Assembly (NCBI GenBank): GCA_002269645.1
Contig: NIVC01000273.1
Coordinates: forward strand, 124,001 to 188,000
Reading direction: 5' to 3'
Source: Macrostomum lignano
Taxonomy: Eukaryota
Length of the DNA: 64,000 bases
The first letter of the stretch is position 1. Each line of letters starts with the position of its first letter. Positions 28,244 to 38,385 of this stretch are shown here, one piece after another. The position numbers and the translations under genes were made by a program. The notes beneath the pieces were generated by a model. That model saw only the letters and a program-made list of their open reading frames with translations. It was not told where the DNA came from and searched no databases.

Positions 28244-31200
28244 TGGGCCGAGTGCGGCATCTGCAGCAGAGGCCTTAGGAAAAGCTGGCTCGTTTGTGCT
28301 GGCTGCCAGAGCCAGGTGCACCAAAAATGCGCTGGGATCACCAGAAGCGCAGCGGAGAAATGTAAGCAGGACAGTGACCAGTGGTGGTGCGAAGCATGCG
28401 CGCCAAAAGCTAGGTGCGTAGTATGCCAGCGATGCCGCGTTAAAATCAAGATGAACACCAAGGCGGTCGAGTGCTCGGACTGCAAGCGTGCTTTCCACAA
28501 AGCGTGCACAAAGCTAACACGACGACAGCTGAAGCTGCTAGGCGACAGGAGCGTCTGGACGTGCGGCGACTGCACGGCAGAGTGGCCGGCGGAGGACAAT
28601 GTAGTCAACACCAGGCTGAGGCCGGATGACAGGGGAAAATGCATGAAGTGCTGTAGGAAGTTTCAACAGCGCCAGATTCCGGAGCAGTGCTGCAAGTGCA
28701 AGCGGTGGGCACCTGCTAAGTGTACCGGCAAGAAGCGAGGGCGGCAGTACCACACTCAATGGACGTGTGAGGGGTGCCAGGCGAGTGAGCTGGAACCGGA
28801 AGTTGCCCGCTCCGATGAGACCATGGAGTCGATGACAACAGTGCAAGAGGAGACCGTGATAAGTATCCCACCGGACGACACCAACATACGAGACGTGCCA
28901 AGGTCACCGAACGGGTCAAGCCCAAATGACACCGAAGCGGAGGACAACGCTGCTGATAGCTGCCAGTGCTGTGTCTGCGCCAGCACGGTCGGCAACGAAT
29001 GGAGCTTGCGCTGTGCAATGACCAGCCAGTGGTGCCTCCTGAAGTGCGCCGGACTAGACATCAAAACCGTCAAGAGGCAGCCAAAAAGCTCCTGGACACA
29101 TTGGTGCTGCCCGGTGCACGCCAGGAGTGGTGATAGTAGCCAAACGCAGGGGGCCGGGAAGCACGTGCAGCTGCGGAGCGGACGGTGTGGCTACAAGGAA
29201 TGCAACCGCCGCCTAAAACCGGAAGCTTTCCTGCAGTGCAACAGCTGCCCGACAAAGGTACACGTGAGCTGCGGCGGCACAAGTAGCCGCGCGCTCATCG
29301 ACAAATGGCGCCGTGAAAAGTCGTGGGCATGCCGCCTCTGCCAAGCGGCCGGGAGAGCGCACACAGCTGAGCCCACAAGCAGAACAGAAAGGGCAGGCGA
29401 CGAACCAAAAGAGATGACCGGAGGGCGTCACATCTGCGTCTGCCAATGGAACTGTGATGGCCTGGCACCAAAGATCCCGGAGCTGCTGGCGTTCGTGACA
29501 GCTAACTATATTGATGTAGTAGCGCTGCAAGAGACTAAGACCAGAGCCGAGGATAAGCGGCCAAAGACGCCTGGATACCGGCTTGTACGGCAAGACAGGT
29601 AGCGAGCCCTGCCTAGGGGAGGAGGAGTAGCCTTCCTTATCAAGGAGGCACTACCCTTCCGGGTCGTCCGGCGCAGTGGCGAGGCGGAAGGCGTTGAGGG
29701 CGGCATGGAGGAGCTTGCCATTGAAGTTTTCTGGACCGACAGTGAACCTGTGCGGCTGTACAATTTCTACGCCCCCCAAAGGCCCCGGGCACGGATACGG
29801 CTATGGCTCAACTACAGAGTGGCCCGGACGACTGGGAACTCTGGCTCGGCGATGCTAATGCGCACAGTAACAGCTGGGACAGCGACGCTCACCGGGACGC
29901 CCGGGGAGAGATGCTGGAGGCTTGGATCAGTGAACGTGACGCCATCTTATTAAACGACGGCTCCCCGACCAGGCGTGGTAGAGGCACGGAGAGACCTAGC
30001 GCGCCCGACATCACGCTGTGCAGCTCTGCCATCTACCGACATTGGAGACCGGAGTGGAAAGTGGAGCGGAGGCTGGGCTCGGACCACGCCCCCATCCTGA
30101 TCAGGGGAGGGTCGCAAGAAGACAGCTCAGAGGAGGCGCGCCTTACCTGGCACTGGAAAAAGGCGGACTGGGAGGCGTACCGGAGACAGATCGAAGCAGC
30201 ACTGGCGGATAGCGAGCCGGAAAAGACGGTGGCAAAGGAGGAGGAGAGATTGCGCAAGATCGTGCTAGCGGCCGCGTACAACTGCATCGGACTGATTAAA
30301 CTGAATAGAGCGGAGAAGTTCAGCCTGAGTGCCGAGGTCGAGGAGGCGCTGGCGAAACGCGATGCCCGGTTATGGGGACTCGAGCAGGCGGCGGACGACA
30401 CAGCGGCCGCTGGCGGAAGCGGAAGTAATGCCGACGAGGACCCGATTACTAAGATCAGGGATGACCTTAGAGAGAAATGGTGGAGTCGGGTCACGCAGAC
30501 AAGAAGCGCCGAAGATATGTGGAAGCTGGTGAGCGGTTGTAAAGAGAAACCGCCGAGAGTCCCTGCTGAGGTCATAGCCCAGGGAGAGAGGAGGCATGTG
30601 AAGCCGGCGGACAAAGCCACGGCTTTCGCCAAGGCCTACGCCAGCATCAGCGACGTTAAGGTCCCGCGGGCTAACAGGCATGTCAAACGACAGCTGAACA
30701 AAGGACTGCGGCAGACAGGAAAGACCGGAGACCCAGTGATCACGGAAGTCGAGGTTAAACGAGCGCTGGAAGAGATGGACGGGAGCAAAGCCCCAGGGCC
30801 GGACAAAGTGCACCCGCAGCTGCTCAAGCACATACCGCCATCCGGTGTGGCCGCCTTTACTAACCTGTTCCAAAGATCATGGCAAAGGTCTGAAGTCCCC
30901 CAAAACTGGCGATCAGGCGAAATCATCCCGCTGCTGAAGGACGGATTGGACCCGGAGATCACATCATCGTACCGCCCCATCTGCCTGACAGCCACCATCG
31001 GGAAATGGCTTGAGAGGGTGGCCAGCAACCGGCTATACCACGCGCTGGAGAGCAGAGGCCTACTTGCCGAAGAGCAGGCGGGCTTCAGGGCCGGCCGCAC
31101 CACAACAGACCAAGTGCTCGCGCTGTGCCAGGACATCGCAGACGGCTACCAACTAAAGCTTAAAACGATCGTGGCGCTGTTAGACTATGCGAAGGCCTAC

Positions 31201-33194
31201 GACACGGAGAGACGGGCTGCTAGAGAAGATGCGGCGTTTAGGTATAGACCCGATGCTAATCCGATGGGTCCAGGCATGGCTCTGCAACAGGCTAGCCTGG
31301 GTCCGCCTCGGCAACGATCGCGGATGTACGGTGGTCATGAAGCAGGGACTACCCCAGGGCAGTGTGCTGTCACCGGTTCTATTCCTGATTTACATTAACG
31401 ACGTGGTGGAACAGGTAAACCAGCCGGTCAAGATCAGGTTGTTCGCCGATGACCTGGCGCTATGGGATCAAGCGGAGACGGTGGAAAAGGCGGCGAGAAA
31501 AATGCAGTTAGCGGTGTCGGACGTGGCGGAGTGGATCAGGAAATGGCTACTCCGGCTAAACCCGCAAAAGTGCGAGGTGGGCCTGTTCAGCCTGAACAAC
31601 AAGGACCGAGTGGAAAATGTTGCGCTGACCATCGAGGGAAAGCGCCTCCGCACCACGGAGGTCATCAAATACCTCGGCGTCTCCATCGACCGACGACTGA
31701 CGTTCGCCGAGCACATCCGCCTCTGTGTCATCAAGGCGCGAAACCGGATCAGCCTGCTGAAGAGACTCTGCGCCATAGGCGCTGGTCTACCCTTGGAGCT
31801 ACCCAGAACGGCGTACGTGGCGCTGGTCCGACCTGTCATCGAGTACGCGGCGGCGGCGTGGAGCCCGTGGGTGTCGGAGACGCAGTGGGCCAAGGTAGAA
31901 CGATGCCAGAGGGCGGCAGCCAGAGTCGTAACCAGACTGCCTAGCTCGACACCGGTCGAAGCGCTGCTCGAAGAGGCTAGGCTCCAGGACTTGCGAAGCC
32001 GAGCCAGAGAAGCGGCTGTCAAACTGTACGATAGCTACCTCAGGCTCGCTGCAGAGGACAGTCGCAAACGCTTAGCCCGTGCGGAAGTCAGGCAACGCCA
32101 AAAGAGGACAAATTGGCGCCGGGAGGCCAGTAAAGGCTGGGCAGCTATCTTTGACACGGACCCGCCAGCAGAGGACCGCACGTGGACCACACCGTGGGAC
32201 GGCGGAGCGGCAAACCTGGTGTTCCCGCAACCCGGTAGGAGAGAAGTGTGGAAGGAGGACAACGAAAAGGTAGCGCGTGAGAGGCTGAGCGAATGCAAGT
32301 CGGACTTGATTGTGTTTACCGACGGGTCAGTCGACAAGGAAGGAAGAGGCGGGGCCGGCTTCAGCGTGTGGGCCGAAGGAGTTGAGATCGCAACAGGCAG
32401 CCACCCTGCAGGACCCGGCTGCTCATCGATGCAAGCGGAGCTTGCTGCGATCAAGGCGGCAGTCGAGTGGATTGACCAGCAGCAGACAGGGTGGAGCGCC
32501 ATCACCATAGCCTGCGACAGCTCAGCGGCACTCCAAGCGTTGGATACCCCGCCACGGCGCCGAAAGAGGCTGGCTAACGCGATCCGGACCGTGCTGGATA
32601 AGTGGACCGATAGGTCAGTGCGCTTCGTATGGGTGGCCGGACATGCAGACGTGGAAGGTAACGAACGAGCCGACGAGCTAGCGGCCAAGGGCCGCCCCCT
32701 GAACGGCTCGGATGGACCAGGATGGACGCCGGAAGCTGCAAAGCTGGAGATAAGGAACCGCATGCGGAGGCGAAGTGGATGGAAGCACGCCAGGTCGGAG
32801 GCGACTTATAGCGCCAGCGGACCTAACTGGCACATCGAGGCAAACTGGCCGGTGACGGAGAGGGCCGACTACGCTCGCTTCCGCGTAGGCCATAATACCA
32901 AGTTGGCGGCGTACGCCCACCGCATCGGCCTGGCTACCACAGCAAACTGTCAGCACTGCGAGCAAGGTGAACCGACGGTAGAGCACGTAACCATCGAGTG
33001 CCCGGCGTTGGATAGCGTCAGACGGCAACTCGGGATAACCAACCTGAGCACGCTCTGTAACGACCCGGAAGCCGGCCGCCGGCTGTGGAACGCATTTCAG
33101 CGACTGTAATGAAAGGTACTGCACCGAGGGGATAGCCAACAGCAACAGCAATGCGAAAAACAAACAAACAGCAACAGCAGCAACAGCAGCAACA

Positions 33195-33942
33195 TTCACG
33201 GATAACGCCAGAGAAGTCCGTAGAGCGGCGGCGGGTAAGTTCTGCAGTTCGCTGGTGGCGGAAGAAGTGGCGTTAGTGTTAGCGCTGGATTTTATCGAGG
33301 AAAAAAAAGCCCCGCAGTGCTCTTATCTGCACGGACAGCAAGTCCGCGCTACTTAAACTCAGAGGCGAAAAGACACCCCTGTCGGCCAGAATGTACAACA
33401 CCATCGGGAGGCTGCGCTGTGCCAGCCAGAGGACAGAGATCTGGCTACAGTGGATCCCGAGTCATATCGGTATCCAAGGAAACGAAGAGGCTGACCAGGA
33501 GGCAAAGGCGGCTGGAGGGATGTGCCAGGATCACACGGCCATGGACTGGAGTTGCGTCAAGAGGCAGATCCTCAAGAGAGGTGCCAGCTCGTCCTGTGAA
33601 GACAAGAGATTGGAGGCCGTGTTTGGAGAAAAGAGGGTGCTGTGCTCGGTAAACCGTAAAACGGAGGTGTTGATGGCTCAACTGCGTTGTGGGCACTGCA
33701 AGCATACCAGCTATTGGAGGCAGAAGGTGGGCCTGGACCCGGCCGGAAACTGCTCTTTTTGCGACGAAGAAGAATCGAAAGACCACTGGATGACGTGTAG
33801 TAGATGGGACTCTATCAGGATTCGGTGTGGAGTGGAAGGAATAAGATCGCTTCAAGACGAGCCCAAGGTTTTAAAATTCCTTCAGCTGGCCCACCCTCGG
33901 TGGCTCAGCTGAATGGTTTTCTCGCCGAAGACACACACACAG

Positions 33943-33974
<32 letters not shown>

Positions 33975-33975
33975 G
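33195..33975 (+). mobile_element. 5'-truncated third I-group non-LTR element (RNase H plus C-terminal Zn finger, CAG/CAA tail)
   Basis: GKFCSSLVAEEVAL, a frameshift in the A-run at ~33300, then ICTDSKSAL, WIPSHIGIQGNEEAD, QLRCGHC, CSFC...HWMTC. Confidence 0.85.
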
Positions 33976-34573
33976 CAGAAATCATCAAAACGGCGCCGAC
34001 TACTTTGAAATTGAATAATGAGTACAACAAGCTTGCTAAACAAAAACAATAATTTCTTTGCGATTTCAAAGTTTCTTTCTTTAACATTGAATAAAGGTTA
34101 ACCGCTAATCTAAATAGGATTTTTTCCAAATGCAATAAAAAGTTTGATCATCTGCTGAGGCTAGCAACAATTTTTTGCTTCACATTATTTACTTACAATT
34201 GCGCGATGATGATAATAAAACCAATGCTTCGTTAGTGGTGGTGGTGGTGTTTGCGGTGATGGCATGTGAGAGTTTTATTTTTTTCTAATTTTACCTGTAC
34301 TATGTGGTTGGTTTTTTCGAATCCTGATATTGCTTTATAAATTTTATTATATTCCCTCCGCTTTTGGACTATTTTTCTTTTCCTATTTTTGTAGTGGTTT
34401 ATCTGCTTGCTCGTATTTGCTTTTAGCTTGCTATTTGTTTATCTCTACAAGATGTTCACTAGTGGTTTTTCAATGCAATAAAAAATGAAGACAAAAAAGC
34501 TAGTGCATGAGAGAGAATTAGTTTGAATATTTTAATTAAACAAGCCGCGATTTATTCTTTCTTTTTATTTATT

Positions 34574-35140
34574 TCAGTTTGAAAGCAAGCAAGCTAATAG
34601 GGAACGGTCTGATTGTAGCATATGCTTAGACTTTGCTCCGCTGAGCACAAATGAGCCATTGTGAAAAAGCGTACACTTGCAGTATTGAAGCTGACAAGCT
34701 AAAGCAGTAAAACTTTCAGGTTCATATTTCGCATTCGGTAGCACTTCACAGAGGTTTCTTAGTGATAGAGCCTTGGGCAAGTCTATTTTTCCATAAGCAG
34801 TAATAGTCTTAATTCGGACACAAACGGATTGACGAGGCAGCAGTTGAGGCCGAACTCTGCGATGCAGCATAGCCACGAAGCGACGGGCAGCCTTGACTGA
34901 GGCCGAGTAGCTCCGGGCGCCACAGATACTCAGTTGTCCAGTCGGATAGAGCAATAGAGTCACTCTGGGACTCCGCATCCTCTTGATGAGCACTCGGGGC
35001 CAAACGGGACGATAGATGACATGAGCCATGCTGAGAGCCAGTTCCCGCAGAGGCAACTGGGCACCCCTGCCTCCAGCCAGTCTCAGATCCACGCCGCCAA
35101 CCAGATTGGTCACTCGCAGGGCTGTCGCAGGTGTACTCAT
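34574..35140 (-). CDS. TATA-binding-protein (TBP)-like protein, 188 aa, intronless
   Basis: Two TBP-type half-repeats: VTNLV...Y.P.W...MRSPRVTLLLYPTGQLSICGARS and IKTIT...YEPESF...TLFHNGSFVLSGAKS. Confidence 0.85.
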   Translation of the reverse strand: MSTPATALRVTNLVGGVDLRLAGGRGAQLPLRELALSMAHVIYRPVWPRVLIKRMRSPRVTLLLYPTGQLSICGARSYSASVKAARRFVAMLHRRVRPQLLPRQSVCVRIKTITAYGKIDLPKALSLRNLCEVLPNAKYEPESFTALACQLQYCKCTLFHNGSFVLSGAKSKHMLQSDRSLLACLLSN

Positions 35141-35654
35141 TTAGAGAGTCCTTTCTGTCAGTGGTGCTGTCTTTGAGAGCCTTTGAGTGATGCGGGCACA
35201 CCTCGCTTCTTAAGTTGATACAGAACTTTGGCTTCAGCCAGTTGTAGTAGAGCAATACATTTTTCACTGCACAACCAGTATCAGATGCTTGAATCAAAGG
35301 TGATCCTAGATCCTCTAGGTTGTACACCTGTCTGCCAAGCAGCTCAGTCAGAAAGATGGACTTCTTCACCCCGCTTGTCCAGGTGGGGCCGTAAGCAATC
35401 TTTAGAATGTCATTTTCCAAATGCATGTACGGTCGGGATCCATCTGTCCACTTGAAATGATGCAAATTCTTTGAGAGCTTTCTGTAATGCACCTGCATCT
35501 CAGGTGAGATTCGCTCCCATGAGAACGGAGAGGCGTACACGTGATGAGTGATATGGTAACTGCCTGCCCGGACTTGGGCAATGGCCAGCTCCTTCACAAC
35601 GAAATCTCTGCTCGATCTCTCACCTGGGAAGCCTTGGAAGTCAATATAGTTCAT
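34809..35654 (-). CDS. Maverick-associated DEDD-like 3'-5' exonuclease-fold protein; C-terminal ~110 codons overlap the TBP-like gene
   Basis: YIDFQGF...FVVKELA...H.F.W.DG...Y...K..FL..LL...V.NLEDLG.P pattern; the fold assignment is inference. Confidence 0.55.
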   Translation of the reverse strand: MNYIDFQGFPGERSSRDFVVKELAIAQVRAGSYHITHHVYASPFSWERISPEMQVHYRKLSKNLHHFKWTDGSRPYMHLENDILKIAYGPTWTSGVKKSIFLTELLGRQVYNLEDLGSPLIQASDTGCAVKNVLLYYNWLKPKFCINLRSEVCPHHSKALKDSTTDRKDSLNEYTCDSPASDQSGWRRGSETGWRQGCPVASAGTGSQHGSCHLSSRLAPSAHQEDAESQSDSIALSDWTTEYLWRPELLGLSQGCPSLRGYAASQSSASTAASSIRLCPN

Positions 35655-35666
35655 GATCGGATGGTG

Positions 35667-36386
35667 TCAAGATGCCAGATATCGGGAAGCCGACTCAGTT
35701 CCCCTTCTTAAATAGTTTTTCCTGCTCAGGTGTAGCCAGGCTCTCCCACTTCCGAATCCCTTAACTGTATGATGAGCAGGGGCGGCCTCTGGAGAAACAG
35801 CAGGTTTAGAAATTAGCTGCCTAACTGACTTTCCTATGGCCGAAGCTGGGATGTTAAGCTTTTTGTCTTGGAGCAATGAGAAAAACTCACTCCAGCCCAC
35901 CGGCTCGCTGGCACATTTAAAATCCCTCACGGCACTGTGAAACAAATCCAGAATGTTTGAGGAGGGTATTGTCTTCCCAGAAATTTGCGCCTCGCCATTT
36001 TCGGACACCCGAATCAGAAAAGGATTGCCAGATAGGATGGCCCATAGACTGCGGGCTCTCGCTTTAAACTTCTGCGGCACGGATTGGGTGATCTTTTCCC
36101 CCCAGCTGCTGGGTGCAATATCAGTTTTCAGCATCTTTGCATCACTAGCAGGTACCGCACCATCCTTTCCAGTCCGCTTGCGCTTGGCCAGCAAACTCTT
36201 CATCGCATCATGGTACATGGCAGCTTCCACATCGTCTGGGCAATCCTGGGCAAGCAAAATATCAGTGCATTTCCTCTGCGCATATCTCACGGCAGTGTCG
36301 AGTTCAGACTCGACTGGCTTCAAATTCTGTGTGAGCATGTCGTACTCTGATTTGGGGAGCAGAACCATCTCTGAGAACTTATTCAT
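35667..36386 (-). CDS. Conserved Maverick protein (PZ-like), 239 aa
   Basis: M.LLP N-terminus and ...NGEAQISGKTIPSSNILDL...P.GW..F...L...NIP...I.K block; lies within the capsid module. Confidence 0.6.
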   Translation of the reverse strand: MNKFSEMVLLPKSEYDMLTQNLKPVESELDTAVRYAQRKCTDILLAQDCPDDVEAAMYHDAMKSLLAKRKRTGKDGAVPASDAKMLKTDIAPSSWGEKITQSVPQKFKARARSLWAILSGNPFLIRVSENGEAQISGKTIPSSNILDLFHSAVRDFKCASEPVGWSEFFSLLQDKKLNIPASAIGKSVRQLISKPAVSPEAAPAHHTVKGFGSGRAWLHLSRKNYLRRGTESASRYLAS

Positions 36387-37154
36387 TTTGCTTCTTTTTC
36401 TTCACTAGCTTTATTAGAATGTAGAGAATTTTGATAAAACCCGTATTTAGCAGATCCGCAGCTCTTCTATGTGTAGAAATTTTGCGGATTATTTGCTTTT
36501 TCTTCACTAGCTTTATTAGAATGTAGAGAATTTTGATAAAACCCGTATTTAGCAGATCCGCAGCTCTTCTATGTGCAGAAATTTTGCGGATTATTTGCTT
36601 TTTCTTCACTAGCTTTATTAGAATGTAGAGAATTTTGATAAAACCCGTATTTAGCAGATCCGCAGCTCTTCTATGTGTAGAAATTTTGCGGATTATTTGC
36701 TTTTTCTTCACTAGCTTTATTAGAATGTAGAGAATTTTGATAAAACCCGTATTTAGCAGATCCGCAGCTCTTCTATGTGCAGAAATTTTGCGGATTATTT
36801 GCTTTTTCTTCACTAGCTTTATTAGAATGTAGAGAATTTTGATAAAAACGTATTTAGCAGATCCGCAGCTCTTCTATGTGCAGAAATTTTGCGGATTATT
36901 TGCTTTTGCTTCACTAGCGCTGCCTTTTCAGTGAGTGAGAACGACAGAGTGTTTTGCAATAGGTTATAGCAGGCCTCAATGAGAAATTCATGTACGGCTT
37001 TTGGACCCGCTCTGATCAACAAACGTTTAAAGCTGATGGAATATTTCGGTGACGCGAGAACATCAAACAAACTTTCATGTGAGTCGAATGTTTCCATTAT
37101 CATTAGTGTTGCAGAATATAGAGCAAATGGCAAAATCTCGGCTGTTATTCTCAA
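36379..37154 (-). pseudogene. Small basic Maverick protein with an amphipathic C-terminus, amplified as a 102-bp repeat; 1-bp deletion in the first unit
   Basis: LLIRAGPKAVHEFLIEACYNLLQN...KAALVKQKQIIRKIS...GFIKILYILIKL. Confidence 0.6.
36401..36918. repeat. 102-bp tandem repeat, 5 copies
   Basis: TTCACTAGC recurs at 36401, 36503, 36605, 36707, 36809 and ~36910. Confidence 0.95.
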
Positions 37155-37804
37155 GTGTAAACCAGGTGGGGTCGCTGATTGGGCAGGATTCGAGCCCGGA
37201 CCCGCAGCTCATCAGGGGTGGAAGGGTGAAAATCCAGGAGCAGGTAGGCTCCCCTGCTGTGCGATGTCACGTGCTTGAACACTGACAGCAGAAAGCCGGG
37301 CTTCTCAGCAAAACACTGCCTGCCCAGCGCCACAATCTGCAGCTGGTCTCTGGGGTTCTTCATGATCACAAAGTACATCGCATTCAGACTCATTGTTCGC
37401 AACTCCTTCCCTTTAAAAAATACATTTTGGGTCAGCATAACCAGAAAGCAGGGCAAATGATGGACAATTCCAGTGAAAACATTTCGCATTGCAGCAGAAT
37501 TGGAAGTTTCTTCAATCAGGTCATCAAATACAACCAGGTCATTGGGTCTCAGTGCGGTCTCGATACTGCTGGGAAATCCCTGCTGCAGGTGCACGCCGAG
37601 ACTGCTCAGCTCAAAGTGTGCTGCTTGTGAAATTCCGTAGTACCACAGATCTCTCCCAGGCTTCACATCAAACATGACATCCTTGTATTGTATCAGATGT
37701 TTCACGAAGGTTGTTTTTCCTGCATTTGTAGGCCCGCTGACAATCATGCAGCTTCCCTGTCGCAGGCGCACATCATAACAGTTTATCTGCTCACGTGATT
37801 CCAT
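37151..37804 (-). CDS. A32/FtsK-like packaging ATPase (M2), 217 aa
   Basis: Walker A GPTNAGKT, Walker B VVFDD, then HH..C.L..LTQN and KNPRD. Confidence 0.9.
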   Translation of the reverse strand: MESREQINCYDVRLRQGSCMIVSGPTNAGKTTFVKHLIQYKDVMFDVKPGRDLWYYGISQAAHFELSSLGVHLQQGFPSSIETALRPNDLVVFDDLIEETSNSAAMRNVFTGIVHHLPCFLVMLTQNVFFKGKELRTMSLNAMYFVIMKNPRDQLQIVALGRQCFAEKPGFLLSVFKHVTSHSRGAYLLLDFHPSTPDELRVRARILPNQRPHLVYT

Positions 37805-37885
37805 CGCCTGTTGAGCTAAATCCCTAATTTTGAAAGTCTAATTAAATTTCTTTTTTCTTAAGCAACTCTCAAACCTTTGCAGCAT

Positions 37886-38362
37886 TCACTCATTAAAGTG
37901 GCTCTGCTGATTTGCATGGAGGTGCCGCAGAACCCACTCAAACGAGCGCTTGAAACGAAACTTTTGATAGGCAAACAAGAGACAGAACAAACCGCATTTA
38001 GCAGAGTTGCAGCTCTGAATTCGATTCACATTGCTACGTAAGTAGAATGGAGAATACCAAAAGGATTTCAGTGCTCTGTGAATGATGTCTAAAGTGCTTG
38101 AGTCCCAGCCCAGAGAGTTAAAGAGTTCTATGGAATTCTCCTTATTAGCAAAACAAACCACCCAGTGACCAAAGGACGAGCCGTACTGAAGCAGAAAGAA
38201 AATAAACTTACATCGAGATAAATTTCTTTTGAGAGTTGCTCGCTGAATAATGTTTAAAGCATAAGATGTTTTACGAGTATTTATTGAATTCAAGACAATA
38301 ATTAAACAGTTATTTTGTGGCAAAAAGCTTTTAGCCAGTTTAAGCAGTTGAAAAGCATCCAT
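37886..38362 (-). CDS. Adenain-type cysteine protease (M2), 158 aa
   Basis: GHWV, FNSLG (Asn where Asp is usual), IQ...KCGLFC. Confidence 0.85.
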   Translation of the reverse strand: MDAFQLLKLAKSFLPQNNCLIIVLNSINTRKTSYALNIIQRATLKRNLSRCKFIFFLLQYGSSFGHWVVCFANKENSIELFNSLGWDSSTLDIIHRALKSFWYSPFYLRSNVNRIQSCNSAKCGLFCLLFAYQKFRFKRSFEWVLRHLHANQQSHFNE

Positions 38363-38385
38363 ATTAGCGTTGCGCCAGCGTACTC

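Larger units (their letters stand above)
28011..33194 (+). mobile_element. Ingi-like non-LTR retrotransposon 2: 2A-5xPHD-APE-RT-RNase H-Zn finger, CAA/CAG tail
   Basis: Probable ATG 28100 to TAA 33109, with a nonsense codon at 29600-29602 and frameshifts near 29790 and 31200. Motifs QWNCDG, LQET, GDAN, SDH, QAGFR, DYAKAYD, PQGS, FADD, FTDGS, WVAGHADVEGNERAD. Clearly diverged from element 1. Confidence 0.92.

Noticed and set aside
22990-33855. Antisense and alternate-frame ORFs in the non-LTR elements, including 27650-28498 and 27721-28644
   Set aside because: Shadows of GC-rich ORFs or translations of the microsatellite.
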